Numbered from the stretch's first letter, positions 27,279 to 37,238 are shown. The stretch: 64,000 nt of DNA from an uncultured Bacteroidales bacterium (GCA_964526285.1 CAZGIW010000006.1:6742-70741); one strand, 5' to 3'. Notes: a model not told the origin generated them from the sequence alone. Program-made: numbers and translations.

Positions 27279-29414
27279 ATGAAGGTTTATCAATCAAACG
27301 AAATCAGAAACATTGCCCTTGTGGGTGGAGCAAAAGCAGGAAAAACCACTCTGGCCGAAGCCATGCTGTTTACAGGTGGTGTTATTAAAAGACGTGGTAC
27401 TATTGAAGACAAAAACACTGTGTCAGATTACAGAGAAATTGAAATCGAGCGTCAAAACTCAATTTTTTCAACTGTGTTATATTCTGAATATGCCGGAAAA
27501 AAAATAAATATTGTTGATGCGCCCGGTTTTGACGATTTTATGGGGGAAGTTTTGGCCGCACTCAAAGTTGCTGAAACAGCAGTGCTTGTTGTGAATGCAC
27601 AAAATGGTGTTGAAGTGGGAACAGAAATCACATGGAGATACACTACAAAAAATGAAAAACCTGTGGTATTTGTTATTAACCAACTGGAGCATGAAAAAGC
27701 CAACTTTGAAGAAACGCTTCAGGCAATTCATACCCAATTTGGAAATAAAGTGGTGCCTGCTCAATTTCCTGTTCAAACAGGAAGCGGATTCAATGCCATC
27801 ATTGATGTGATTTCAATGAAACTATACAAATACAGTAACGATGGTGGCAATGCAACCATTGAAGATATTCCCGCCGATTTAATGTCAAAAGCCGAAGAAC
27901 TTCGCAATCAGATTATTGAAGCAGCTGCCGAAAGTGATGAAGCCCTCATGGAAAAATATTTTGAAGAAGGCACTCTCACGGAAGATGAAATTGCTAAAGG
28001 GCTTGTGGAAAGTATCAAACAAAGAAATGTTTTCCCTCTTTTCTGCATCAGTGCAAAACTCAATATGGGTGTTGACAGACTTATGGATTTTGTTGCTAGC
28101 TCATTGCCTGCTCCAACAGAGGTAACTCCTGCCAAAACAAAAGATGGAAAAGAAATAAAATGTGATCCTGCTCAACCCTTAACTGCGTTTATTTTTAAAA
28201 CAGCCATTGAATCTCATCTTGGTGAAGTTTCGTTTTTCAAAGTCTGCTCAGGCACCATTACTGAAAGTATGGATGTCATAAACAGTACAAACGGAAGCAA
28301 GGAGCGTGCAAGTCAGTTGTTTGTTACTGCTGGAAAAACACGTGAAAAAGTAGAAAAAATCGTTGCAGGTGATATTGGGTCAACCATTAAACTGAAAAGC
28401 GTAGGAACAAACCAAACCCTCACTGGTCCCAAAAACTCAGATGATGAAATTGAACCAATCGTTTATCCTGATTACAAATACAGAACCGCTATCAAGGCTG
28501 TTAGTACATCAGATGATGAAAAACTTGGGGCAACGCTCAATGAGATGCACAAAATTGACCCAACCCTGATTTATTACTACTCAAAGGAATTGAAACAAAT
28601 GATTCTCGAAGGTCAGGGCGAACAGCATATCAATATTGCCAAATGGCAAATTGAAACTCTTGAAAAAATTCCGGTTGAGTTTATTACTCCAAAAATTCAA
28701 TATCGCGAAACGATTACCAAGCCTGCAAAATCAATGTATCGCCACAAAAAGCAATCAGGTGGTGCAGGACAGTTTGGTGAAGTGCATATGATGATTCAAC
28801 CCTATACCGAAAACATGCCCAAGCCTACAGAGTTTCCTGTTCGTGGCACTGAAGAGCATGAAATGCCCTGGGGCGGAAAACTCATTTTCAACAACTGTAT
28901 TGTGGGAGGTGCCATTGATGCACGTTTTTTACCAGCCATTCTCAAAGGAATCATGGAAAAAATGGAAGAAGGCCCCCTCACAGGTTCATATGCCCGTGAT
29001 ATTTCTGTCTATATTTATGACGGAAAAATGCACCCGGTTGATTCAAACGAAATTTCATTCAAACTGGCAGGTCGTAATGCATTTAGAGAAGCCTTCAAAA
29101 ATGCCGGACCAAAAATTCTTGAACCAATTTATGATGTTGAAGTTTTTGTTCCTGCCGATCGTATGGGCGATGTGATGACCGACCTTCAGGGTAGAAGAGC
29201 AGTTGTTATGGGAATGGACAGCGAAGGGAATTATCAGAAAATCAGAGCAAGAGTGCCTTTGGCTGAAATGAATAGATATTCAACCTCGCTGAGTTCAATT
29301 ACCAGCGGTAAAGCTACATATACAATGAAGTTTAATGAATATCAGCAAGTGCCAGCCGATGTTCAGACTGCATTACTCAAAGCATACGAAGAACAGGAAA
29401 AAGATGACGAATAG
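27279..29414 (+). CDS. elongation factor G paralogue with degenerate GTPase motifs (EF-G2-like)
   Basis: 711 aa with a five-domain EF-G layout. G1 is GGAKAGKT. G3 is DAPGFDDF (Phe where the catalytic His sits) and G4 is NQLE instead of NKxD. Confidence 0.85.
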   Translation: MKVYQSNEIRNIALVGGAKAGKTTLAEAMLFTGGVIKRRGTIEDKNTVSDYREIEIERQNSIFSTVLYSEYAGKKINIVDAPGFDDFMGEVLAALKVAETAVLVVNAQNGVEVGTEITWRYTTKNEKPVVFVINQLEHEKANFEETLQAIHTQFGNKVVPAQFPVQTGSGFNAIIDVISMKLYKYSNDGGNATIEDIPADLMSKAEELRNQIIEAAAESDEALMEKYFEEGTLTEDEIAKGLVESIKQRNVFPLFCISAKLNMGVDRLMDFVASSLPAPTEVTPAKTKDGKEIKCDPAQPLTAFIFKTAIESHLGEVSFFKVCSGTITESMDVINSTNGSKERASQLFVTAGKTREKVEKIVAGDIGSTIKLKSVGTNQTLTGPKNSDDEIEPIVYPDYKYRTAIKAVSTSDDEKLGATLNEMHKIDPTLIYYYSKELKQMILEGQGEQHINIAKWQIETLEKIPVEFITPKIQYRETITKPAKSMYRHKKQSGGAGQFGEVHMMIQPYTENMPKPTEFPVRGTEEHEMPWGGKLIFNNCIVGGAIDARFLPAILKGIMEKMEEGPLTGSYARDISVYIYDGKMHPVDSNEISFKLAGRNAFREAFKNAGPKILEPIYDVEVFVPADRMGDVMTDLQGRRAVVMGMDSEGNYQKIRARVPLAEMNRYSTSLSSITSGKATYTMKFNEYQQVPADVQTALLKAYEEQEKDDE

Positions 29415-29436
29415 TCTTATTCTGTTTTGAAAATAT

Positions 29437-29466
29437 TAAAAGCTGCCTCATGGGCAGCTTTTTTTG
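29437..29466. terminator. bidirectional rho-independent terminator
   Basis: AAAAGCTGCC tcatg GGCAGCTTTTT lies between the convergent EF-G-like and M6-like genes. Confidence 0.8.
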
Positions 29467-29471
29467 TGTGG

Positions 29472-29526
29472 TGAATTTCAGCGAGCTCCCCTTTAGGGGT
29501 GCAGGGGTAAAACTCGCTGAAATTCA
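29472..29526. repeat. 14-bp-stem inverted repeat with nested CCCC/GGGG hairpin, no T-tract
   Basis: TGAATTTCAGCGAG (29472-29485) pairs with CTCGCTGAAATTCA (29513-29526). The 27-nt loop contains CCCCTTTAGGGG. Confidence 0.6.
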
Positions 29527-29588
29527 AACAGAAAATCAAACTCCAATCTCTTGTGTCTTTTTATATTCGTGATTCTGCTGTTTAATCA

Positions 29589-32330
29589 TCAGTACTTCAC
29601 AACCTTACGGGTAATCACATCTCCTTCATTGCTGAAATGAAGAAGATAAATGCCGTCGGCAAAACTTGAAATATCCAAATAATGGCTGCCTCCGAAAAGA
29701 ATATCCTCAAGTAGTGTTCGTCCGTGAAGGTCTGTAATTTTCAACATTGTGTTTTCAGCAAAAGAACGGATATAAATTTCTCCCGAACTGGGATTTGGAA
29801 ACACATTAACTTCCTGTAGATTATATTCTTCACATGAAGTGATTACCTGAAAGTTGGCAACAAGGCTCACGTCAGATGTTACATTGAAAAAATAATCAGG
29901 ATCTGTTGAAACCACTGAGCCACCAATAGTCCAGTTGGCAAAAACATAACCTGAGCCGGGATATGCAGAAACAGTGGCAAGATGATTAAGAGCATAATTT
30001 CCACTGCCGGTATGGTTTCCTGCTCCAGGAGGATCTGCAGTTATGTCAACAAAATAACTTTGTGTACAATTGATCGAATTAATCCACAAATGTGAATTGA
30101 ATGTAACACTGGTTATAAGATTATTGTATGAATCCCAACCAGTGGGGGTATAAGCCCATGCAGTATTGTTTGTGGTTTGTGAATAATTGCTCAGGTAAAC
30201 GGAAAACGTATCTGCATCATGAGGTGCTGTATAGGTAATTTCATATCCTACATAAAAGTCACCGGTGGTTGTAACAGGACTGTCAAAGGGGATATAGTTC
30301 CAGAAGCCAGCCTGCAGGTCATTCATATTAATTGTTTTTGTTCCCAAAACAGCTCCGGGTGTTGCACCGTTGTCATACACTTTAAATACAACAGGGGATT
30401 CAATTCCATTGTCGCTGGCTTTTGCCACTGCCACCTGAATTCCTTCCACGTTATGATATGTTGCTCCGGTAAATTTTTCAGCAAACTGTGTCCAGTCTCT
30501 TCCGCTGTGTCCTCCCACATATCCCCAGTAACTTGCCCAGGTGTAATTGACAGCATTTCCTTCAATATTGCTCAGGGTATCACATACAATACCATTGTTT
30601 GCGAAATTAGCCACGAAGGTTGTATCAGAAGATATTATAAAACTATATGTTGGATTAAAGGAAACAATGGTTCCATTAACTGTCCAGCTGAGAAAATTGT
30701 AACCGGGATTTGCAGTTGCTGTCACTGTTACATTGTCGTTCAGAAAGTATGTTCCTTCACCAGTGAGGGTTCCTGCCCCTGCTGGATTTGATGTTGTGGT
30801 ACAGGTATAGGTGTCCTGTAGTCCCACATTAAATGAAATTGTTGAGCCAGCAGCAGTTACGCCCCAAATGTCCAGCCCCCCTGGTAAACCGTCAGAAAGA
30901 AAACTTGATGGATTTGTCCCGTCATTGATTTCTGTTCTGCCTGAACCTGCTGAAAAATGTGCTGAATTGGGAGATCCGTTAACAGAAAGTGTTCCATTGG
31001 GACGATAAACGTACAATTCGTCGGGAGGTCCATTAGCATTGCCGTTGAGACTTGGGTCAACACGATATACAATAAGCCCGGAGCCGGGCAAATCGTTTTC
31101 AAATGTTCCGGTTTTTTGGCGATATTCCACAACAAAATACTCTGTAGCTGAGTTTGGAGATGCAATTTTATAGCAGTTGTTGGTGTCAGAAGTAAGTGGA
31201 TTCAATGTGTATGTTCCTGATGTTGTAATTTCCGGAATGCTAGAAATCCATGTTTGATTTGAGTATTTCCATTTCATATGGGCAGTCATGTGTCCGCCTC
31301 CGGAGTTCATTATATCCCATGCCCCGGCAGGTTGAATGTGCGTGTCATAATAGTAGCGGTAAAGATCAGGCGCTCCCAGTGCATGAAAAAACTCATGAGC
31401 CAGAATTCTGACAGTGACCTGATTTTCAGGCTGAAAAGTATAGTCATACACACGTTTACCATGAATTTGAACATTATATGTGTATAATACCCATCTGTGT
31501 GCCCATAGTAATTCACCCCAGCCACCAGAATTTCCTCTTATTATAAAACAGACATTATCCACATATCCATCATTATCTGCATCAATATCCAGACCCGCAG
31601 GAACAGGTGAATTTGTATTGATCCAGAGAATTGCATCGCGCAGCAGTGCATGCTCACGTGTACGTCGTTCGGTGTCGTTTTGATATCCGTTGGGATTGGT
31701 TGATGCATTGTATGGTTGATAATAACTTCTGGAGTTGGGTGACTGATATGAAAGATTGGTTGTCATTGCACAAGCCGGATAATGTGTTGAACTGACATTT
31801 AACATACCATATGAGACCTCATCGAAGTATGATTTTACCGAACTTCCTGTTGAAGGATTAAAATAATTGTCATATGTCTGGCGTGTGATTGTGAACTCAG
31901 AGTCATCAGAAAAACGGATATATACCACAAGGTTGTTGAAAGTGCCGTTGTGAGGTGCTCTCACTGGTTCAGATTTCATGCTTTCAACTTCTGCCCACAT
32001 GGCATCGCGACGGTTTTTGTATTCGGCTTCTGAAATTTTGGCCCATTTTTTCAGGTTTACATAAGAAGGATCAACACTGCCAACCAGATACATTGTTGGT
32101 TCAACCAGTCCGTTCACTGTCTGTCCATAGTAATACCAGCCATCCTGTGCCTGAATAATTGTGTATCCGTCAGCATCATGTAAAAAATTGAAAAATTCAT
32201 CACCCGATGCAAAACAATCAATTTGTGTTCCATCGGGCTGATAAATGGTAACTGGTAGAAAATCTATGGGAGCAGCAAAAACAGATGTTGTAAAAAACAA
32301 CATTATTAAAATGGAGCGTAGTTTTCTCAT
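29589..32330 (-). CDS. M6 (immune inhibitor A)-like zinc metalloprotease with two InlB-B-repeat-like domains and T9SS CTD
   Basis: Start at ATG 32330 (MRKLRSILIMLFF; the track ORF starts at 32366). It has the motif HEFFHALGAPDLY. Two GAGxxTGxGxY...ANPGYxFxxWT modules are present. The C-terminus FPNPSSGEIYI...FADGIYLLHF is a T9SS CTD. Confidence 0.8.
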   Translation of the reverse strand: MRKLRSILIMLFFTTSVFAAPIDFLPVTIYQPDGTQIDCFASGDEFFNFLHDADGYTIIQAQDGWYYYGQTVNGLVEPTMYLVGSVDPSYVNLKKWAKISEAEYKNRRDAMWAEVESMKSEPVRAPHNGTFNNLVVYIRFSDDSEFTITRQTYDNYFNPSTGSSVKSYFDEVSYGMLNVSSTHYPACAMTTNLSYQSPNSRSYYQPYNASTNPNGYQNDTERRTREHALLRDAILWINTNSPVPAGLDIDADNDGYVDNVCFIIRGNSGGWGELLWAHRWVLYTYNVQIHGKRVYDYTFQPENQVTVRILAHEFFHALGAPDLYRYYYDTHIQPAGAWDIMNSGGGHMTAHMKWKYSNQTWISSIPEITTSGTYTLNPLTSDTNNCYKIASPNSATEYFVVEYRQKTGTFENDLPGSGLIVYRVDPSLNGNANGPPDELYVYRPNGTLSVNGSPNSAHFSAGSGRTEINDGTNPSSFLSDGLPGGLDIWGVTAAGSTISFNVGLQDTYTCTTTSNPAGAGTLTGEGTYFLNDNVTVTATANPGYNFLSWTVNGTIVSFNPTYSFIISSDTTFVANFANNGIVCDTLSNIEGNAVNYTWASYWGYVGGHSGRDWTQFAEKFTGATYHNVEGIQVAVAKASDNGIESPVVFKVYDNGATPGAVLGTKTINMNDLQAGFWNYIPFDSPVTTTGDFYVGYEITYTAPHDADTFSVYLSNYSQTTNNTAWAYTPTGWDSYNNLITSVTFNSHLWINSINCTQSYFVDITADPPGAGNHTGSGNYALNHLATVSAYPGSGYVFANWTIGGSVVSTDPDYFFNVTSDVSLVANFQVITSCEEYNLQEVNVFPNPSSGEIYIRSFAENTMLKITDLHGRTLLEDILFGGSHYLDISSFADGIYLLHFSNEGDVITRKVVKY

Positions 32331-32447
32331 ATTGTTCGGGTATTGATTTCTATTAATAAACAACAAATATAAATATGAAATGGTTGCAAGTGCAAATTTA
32401 TTTCAGAAAAAAATGCAGTTTTAGATTGTAAAGAAACCTGGGAGGTA

Positions 32448-33392
32448 TTATTTTTTTAACAATATATAATTCTTAAACCCACCGATTCTGTATCCGCCCA
32501 AAAAAGTTTTCTCAAAAAAGGAGAGAGCTCTTTGCTTAAGCTTCTCATGCTTGTGTTTTTTTCGTTCTTTTTTTGCAGGGAATTGTAAGGTATCACTCCA
32601 ATTGAATTTTTCAATAAACGGGAGCATCACTTTTGGATGTGTTTCTTTAAAAATCTCCAGTTTGTTCAGGTCTCCGTAATCAAAAATATATTTTCCCTGT
32701 TTTTCAAGTTCGGCAACTTTTTCAGCCCCTTTGTGAATGGTGTCAAGAGATTTTTGTTTTTTCATCATGATATCCGGAGGTCTGACCCATCCGTAATGAT
32801 ATATACATGCATTCACTTTTGCCACTTTTAATCTGAAAGTATTTTTTATTTGCCTGTAGTTTTTTCCGTCGAAGTCAGGGATACGGCGGAAAGATTGGGC
32901 CGATTCCCAGGAATGAATATCTTTGTGATTCCGGATAATTCTAATTTCATGTGGATACCATACACGTGATTTGTGATAATGATGATAATTCCCCCAAAAA
33001 TGTTTATAATCAAACAACAAGCCTTCAACGTCTTCATCGTGTAATAGCTGCCGGCATCGTTTTTCAATGGCTTCCAGATATTTTTCGTGCACAACTTCGT
33101 CGGCCTGAAGATAAAACAACCAGTCACCGGTGCAATGAGATTTGGCAATATCAGTTTGATGAGCATTTTCCATGCCTTTGGGAAATTTTTGCAGGTCCCA
33201 TACAGTATCAATAATCCTGATTTTATCACTCTGAATGCTTTCTATCAGCTCTCTTGAATTATCGTCAATGTCATTGTCTCCCAATGCAACAATAAATTCA
33301 TCAACAATGGGAAGAATTGACATGATTGATTCTTTCCAGGGATAATAAAGTTTCCCTGCATTTTTGCCCATTGTAAAACCGCTTATTTTCAT
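32448..33392 (-). CDS. glycosyltransferase-like protein (GT2-like fold), function uncertain
   Basis: 314 aa. The N-terminus MKISGFTMGKNAGKLYYPWKESIMSILPIVDEFIVALGDNDIDD and a QADEVVHE acidic motif resemble GT2-type nucleotide-sugar binding. Confidence 0.5.
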   Translation of the reverse strand: MKISGFTMGKNAGKLYYPWKESIMSILPIVDEFIVALGDNDIDDNSRELIESIQSDKIRIIDTVWDLQKFPKGMENAHQTDIAKSHCTGDWLFYLQADEVVHEKYLEAIEKRCRQLLHDEDVEGLLFDYKHFWGNYHHYHKSRVWYPHEIRIIRNHKDIHSWESAQSFRRIPDFDGKNYRQIKNTFRLKVAKVNACIYHYGWVRPPDIMMKKQKSLDTIHKGAEKVAELEKQGKYIFDYGDLNKLEIFKETHPKVMLPFIEKFNWSDTLQFPAKKERKKHKHEKLKQRALSFFEKTFLGGYRIGGFKNYILLKK

Positions 33393-33423
33393 TGTTGTTT
33401 CAGGTTTGTGTCAACACAAACAG

Positions 33424-34770
33424 TTATTTACCGGTGTAATTAAAGGGGGTAATTGATTTAAGTTCTGTCTTTACTGAGTCAGATACATTTAGTGTATCAA
33501 TAAATTCACACAATGACTTTTCAGTTATCAAAGTATTTCCTCTAGTGAGATTTTTTAAAGCCTCATAGGGTTTTGGATAGTTTTCTCTTCTCAGAATTGT
33601 TTGAATGGCTTCGGCAACTATTTCCCAGTGATTGGAAAGGTCTTTTTCAATAACAGGCGTATTGACCATGATTTTTTTCAGACCTTTCAGAATGGATGTA
33701 TATGCTATCATGCTGTGAGCAAAAGGAACACCGATATTTCTTAATACAGTGGAGTCAGTCAGGTCTCTCTGTAATCTTGAAACCGGAAGTTTTTCGGCAA
33801 GATGAGTAAATAAAGCATTGGTAACCCCCAGATTTCCTTCTGCATTTTCAAAATCAATGGGATTCACTTTATGTGGCATGGCAGATGAACCAACTTCACC
33901 TTCTTTCAGTGTTTGTGAAAAATAATTCAGCATGATGTATGTCCAGATATCTCTGCACAAATCAATCAGAATGGTATTGATGCGACTCATTGCATGAAAA
34001 AAGGCCGCCAGATGATCATAATGTTCAATCTGAGTAGTAGGGTGTGATCGCAACAGGCCAAGCACATTGTTTACAAAGTCATTGGCAAAAAGATGCCAGT
34101 TCACCTGTGGATAAGCAGCATAATGGGCATTGAAATTACCCGTTGCGCCTCCGAATTTTCCTGCAAAAGGAATGCGGGATAAAAGCATAAGCTGTGTTTG
34201 AAGCCGGACAGTGAACACTTCAATTTCTTTGCCAAGGCGTGTGGGTGATGCAGGTTGTCCATGAGTGCGGGCAAGCATTGGAATTTCTCTCCATTCATCA
34301 CTTCTACCCTGCAAGGAAGTAAGCACATCCTCAAGCAACGGAAAAACAGTTTTTTCGTATCCGTCTTTTAATGACATTGGAATTGCTGTATTGTTGATGT
34401 CCTGTGATGTGAGTCCGAAATGAACAAATTCTGCATACATGTCCAGCCCAAGGGAAGGAAGCTGTTCTTTGATAAAATATTCAACAGCTTTAATATCGTG
34501 ATTTGTTGTTTTTTCAATTTCTTTAATACGAAGAGCATCTTTTGCAGAAAAATGTTCATAGATTTTTCTTAACCCGGGAAAGGATTTTTCAGAAACTTTT
34601 TCCAATTGAGGCAGTGGCAGTTCGCACAATGCAATGAAATATTCAATTTCAACACGACATCGATACTTGAACAGAGCATATTCTGAAAAAAAATCAGAAA
34701 GTGGCTGGCATACCTGTTGATATCTGCCGTCAACGGGAGAAACGGAATAAAGAGGATGGTTGTAATCCAT
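33424..34770 (-). CDS. purB: adenylosuccinate lyase
   Basis: Start at ATG 34770 (MDYNHPLYSVSPVDGRYQ). The fumarate-lyase signature region GSSAMPHKVNP is present, and length (~448 aa) and overall blocks are typical PurB. Confidence 0.9.
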   Translation of the reverse strand: MDYNHPLYSVSPVDGRYQQVCQPLSDFFSEYALFKYRCRVEIEYFIALCELPLPQLEKVSEKSFPGLRKIYEHFSAKDALRIKEIEKTTNHDIKAVEYFIKEQLPSLGLDMYAEFVHFGLTSQDINNTAIPMSLKDGYEKTVFPLLEDVLTSLQGRSDEWREIPMLARTHGQPASPTRLGKEIEVFTVRLQTQLMLLSRIPFAGKFGGATGNFNAHYAAYPQVNWHLFANDFVNNVLGLLRSHPTTQIEHYDHLAAFFHAMSRINTILIDLCRDIWTYIMLNYFSQTLKEGEVGSSAMPHKVNPIDFENAEGNLGVTNALFTHLAEKLPVSRLQRDLTDSTVLRNIGVPFAHSMIAYTSILKGLKKIMVNTPVIEKDLSNHWEIVAEAIQTILRRENYPKPYEALKNLTRGNTLITEKSLCEFIDTLNVSDSVKTELKSITPFNYTGK

Positions 34771-34950
34771 GTGATAATGATTTGTTTGCAACAAAATTAC
34801 AAAAATCATCATAATGTGACCGTATATTTCTTTGATTTGCAAAACAGAATCGGCACCTTGTAAGATGCTTATTTTCAGTCAAATTGAAATTTTAAATCAA
34901 AGAACTTAAAAATATATTGATTTTTTTTGTGGTTGGATAAAAATAATTTT

Positions 34951-34958
34951 TAATTTTG
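34951..34958 (+). promoter_or_regulatory. -7 box (TAATTTTG) for the tRNA gene
   Basis: It lies 10 nt upstream of the mature tRNA 5' end. Confidence 0.45.
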
Positions 34959-34967
34959 CTGTCACAT

Positions 34968-35040
34968 TGACCGATGGTGTAATTGGCAACATGTCTGATT
35001 CTGGTTCAGAAGACTCAAGGTTCGAGTCCTTGTCGGTCAA
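34968..35040 (+). tRNA. tRNA-Gln (anticodon CUG)
   Basis: A 73-nt cloverleaf folded by hand. The acceptor is TGACCGA/TCGGTCA (U1-A72) and the D stem is GTGT/ACAT. The anticodon stem TCTGA/TCAGA carries the loop TTCTGGT (CTG at positions 34-36). The T arm is CAAGG-TTCGAGT-CCTTG and the discriminator is A. No CCA is encoded. Confidence 0.9.
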
Positions 35041-35048
35041 CAACATAC

Positions 35049-35084
35049 AAGACTGTATTCAACTTGAATACAGTCTTTTTTTTA
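35049..35084 (+). terminator. rho-independent terminator after tRNA-Gln
   Basis: AAGACTGTATTCAA / TTGAATACAGTCTT inverted repeat followed by T8. Confidence 0.8.
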
Positions 35085-35120
35085 TTGCAAAAACAGTATT
35101 TTATGTTGCATGAGTAAAAA

Positions 35121-35504
35121 TCAAATCATTCCTTCCAGTTTCAAAAGAATTTTTTGCATGGCTTTTTCAGTTTTTTCATAGTCTGTGAGATTATCATGCA
35201 CGTAAATCAATGCTAAAAGTATGGATTTGTTTTTTTTCAATAAAAGATTGACAAGGTGGTTTTTGTTCAGTCTGAATGATTCACGGGCAAGGCGTTTGAG
35301 ACTGTTTCTGCGATTGGCCTTTGAAATTTTATTTTTTGGAACGGAAATCAAAATTGAAAGAGGAACAGTTGATTGTTGTTTTTCTGTCCACAATACTTTA
35401 AAAGGAAAAACCAAAAAAGAATTACTTTCATTGAACAATTGTTCAATATCTTCTCCTTTATGAATCCTGAGATTTTTAGGAAAACGAAAGTCTGACAGTG
35501 ACAA
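35121..35504 (-). CDS. rnpA: ribonuclease P protein component
   Basis: 127 aa and basic. The blocks FPKNLRIHKGEDIEQLF and VPKNKISKANRRNSLKRLARESFR match the RnpA RNR-type motif region. Confidence 0.8.
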   Translation of the reverse strand: MSLSDFRFPKNLRIHKGEDIEQLFNESNSFLVFPFKVLWTEKQQSTVPLSILISVPKNKISKANRRNSLKRLARESFRLNKNHLVNLLLKKNKSILLALIYVHDNLTDYEKTEKAMQKILLKLEGMI

Positions 35505-35507
35505 GGG

Positions 35508-36269
35508 TTATTTTTTCTTGGCTAATTTTATTAAATAGTCTTCTATTGCCATGGTCATAGAAGGAAATTGCGTTGTTGGGGCAATAATGTTTTGTTCAAA
35601 CCCCACTTCTGAAATCGTCTGTGATGTTGTTTCTCCGTAGGCAGCAATAACAGTATCTGCCTGAACAAAATCAGGAAAATTTTCCTTAAGTGATTTTATG
35701 CCAAAAGGACTAAAAAACACAAGCATATCAAATTTGGAAAGATCAATGTCTGTCAAGTCTTCAATTACTGGACGGAAGAAGACGGTTTTTTGAACATTAT
35801 AGCCTCTTTCTGTTAATAAATTGGAGAGTGTATCATTGGGTTCGTCAGAGCAGGGAAGCAGAAAAGCTCCCTTTTCATGCTTTTTCATCATGTCAGCAAG
35901 CTCAATCATATTGTTGTTGCAGAAAAAGATTTTCCTTTTTCTAAACTGAATATATTTTTGAAGATACAGGGCGATGGCTTCTGACATACAAAAATATTTA
36001 GTTGTAACAGGAGGTTCGTATCTCAGATCTTTTGCCATGCTGAAATAGTGATCAACCGCTTGTCTGCTTGTGAAAACAATTGTACTGTAATCATTCAAAT
36101 ACACCCTTTGTTCACGAAATTCTCTTGATGTTAGCCTTTCAATCCGGAAAAACTTTCTGTATTCAAGTTTTAAATTGAATTTTTTTGATAGTTCAAAAAA
36201 TGGAGATTTTTCAAGTTCTACCGGCTTTGGTTGAGACACAAGTACTGTTTTGATTTTTGTTTTACTCAT
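35508..36269 (-). CDS. uroporphyrinogen-III synthase (HemD)-like protein
   Basis: 253 aa. The two-lobed HemD-like pattern (KTVLVSQPKP..., IVFTSRQAVDHYF, MLVFFSPFGIKSL) is as commonly annotated in Bacteroidota next to DUF4271 and rnpA. Confidence 0.65.
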   Translation of the reverse strand: MSKTKIKTVLVSQPKPVELEKSPFFELSKKFNLKLEYRKFFRIERLTSREFREQRVYLNDYSTIVFTSRQAVDHYFSMAKDLRYEPPVTTKYFCMSEAIALYLQKYIQFRKRKIFFCNNNMIELADMMKKHEKGAFLLPCSDEPNDTLSNLLTERGYNVQKTVFFRPVIEDLTDIDLSKFDMLVFFSPFGIKSLKENFPDFVQADTVIAAYGETTSQTISEVGFEQNIIAPTTQFPSMTMAIEDYLIKLAKKK

Positions 36270-36287
36270 GGTAAAAAAATCTGATTA

Positions 36288-37166
36288 TTACATACTGATA
36301 TTGTTGCTTGCCAAAAGTACACCTGCTTTAATAACAAACACAACAGGTAAAATTTCGACGGTGCAAAAGTACAAAAAAAAGTAATATCCGTTATATTCTT
36401 TGAGTCCAATTGCTGAAATGAATCCTTTTGTTATTCTTATTACTTCATTAATAATGAATAAGCCCCCTACAACATAATAAAGGGTGTCATTGGGAACATA
36501 CAATGCAAATGGCAGCAAAACAAGCATAAAAAACAAGAACAATACATTGTGAAGCTGGATAATGCGTAGTTGTTCCTGTGTTGACTGGTGGGAAGAAAAA
36601 ACCCATGCAGCGGCTTGCATCAGGATGTAGCGTGTAAGATATAACAGAAAAATTCCGGACAGATAAACAATATAGCGTATGATATTAAAATCATATTGTC
36701 TTGCTGAATAATTTTCCACAAACATGTCCAGTGCCAAAGCAAAAATCAGAAAAAAGGCAGGGGTTGTAAAAACAAAAAGACTATTTAACAATCCACTGAT
36801 ATCCCTAAGCCATAAACGAAGTTTTATCATTGATGTGAGCGACTCAAACAATTGTTTGAACGATTTCCAGTAGGTTGTTTTTGCAATTACCACAAGTGTT
36901 GCAGCCACAAAAAGTATAAGTAACGGAAGGTAATTTGTGTTGTTCTTTTTTTCTACAAAATGATGCTGCATAGAGCCTTTTTGTCTTATTTCTATACTGA
37001 AAATTTTTTCACGGAGACTTTGATAAAAAACACCTGTATCTGTTTGTGATTTTAGTCTGGGATTTGTTACAAATTCTGCAGGCACAAAATCTTCTTTCTG
37101 CCTCATAAGGTAAAGCAGAGAAACGCTGTTGGTGTCAGAAGGAATCTGTGTAGATTGATTAATCAT
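36288..37166 (-). CDS. DUF4271-like polytopic membrane protein
   Basis: 292 aa with about 6 predicted TM helices. Position upstream of the hemD-like gene and rnpA matches the conserved Bacteroidota arrangement. Confidence 0.6.
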   Translation of the reverse strand: MINQSTQIPSDTNSVSLLYLMRQKEDFVPAEFVTNPRLKSQTDTGVFYQSLREKIFSIEIRQKGSMQHHFVEKKNNTNYLPLLILFVAATLVVIAKTTYWKSFKQLFESLTSMIKLRLWLRDISGLLNSLFVFTTPAFFLIFALALDMFVENYSARQYDFNIIRYIVYLSGIFLLYLTRYILMQAAAWVFSSHQSTQEQLRIIQLHNVLFLFFMLVLLPFALYVPNDTLYYVVGGLFIINEVIRITKGFISAIGLKEYNGYYFFLYFCTVEILPVVFVIKAGVLLASNNISM

Positions 37167-37238
37167 GGTATATTGCAGATTGCAAAATTACAAAAAATGA
37201 TACGATTGTTGCAAAAGATTGATTTCTTTCAATGTATC

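Noticed and set aside
34843-35120. tRNA-Gln as an integration hotspot (genomic island boundary).
   Set aside because: I found no integrase, no direct repeat of the tRNA 3' end and no compositional shift. The flanking genes (purB, rnpA) are core housekeeping.
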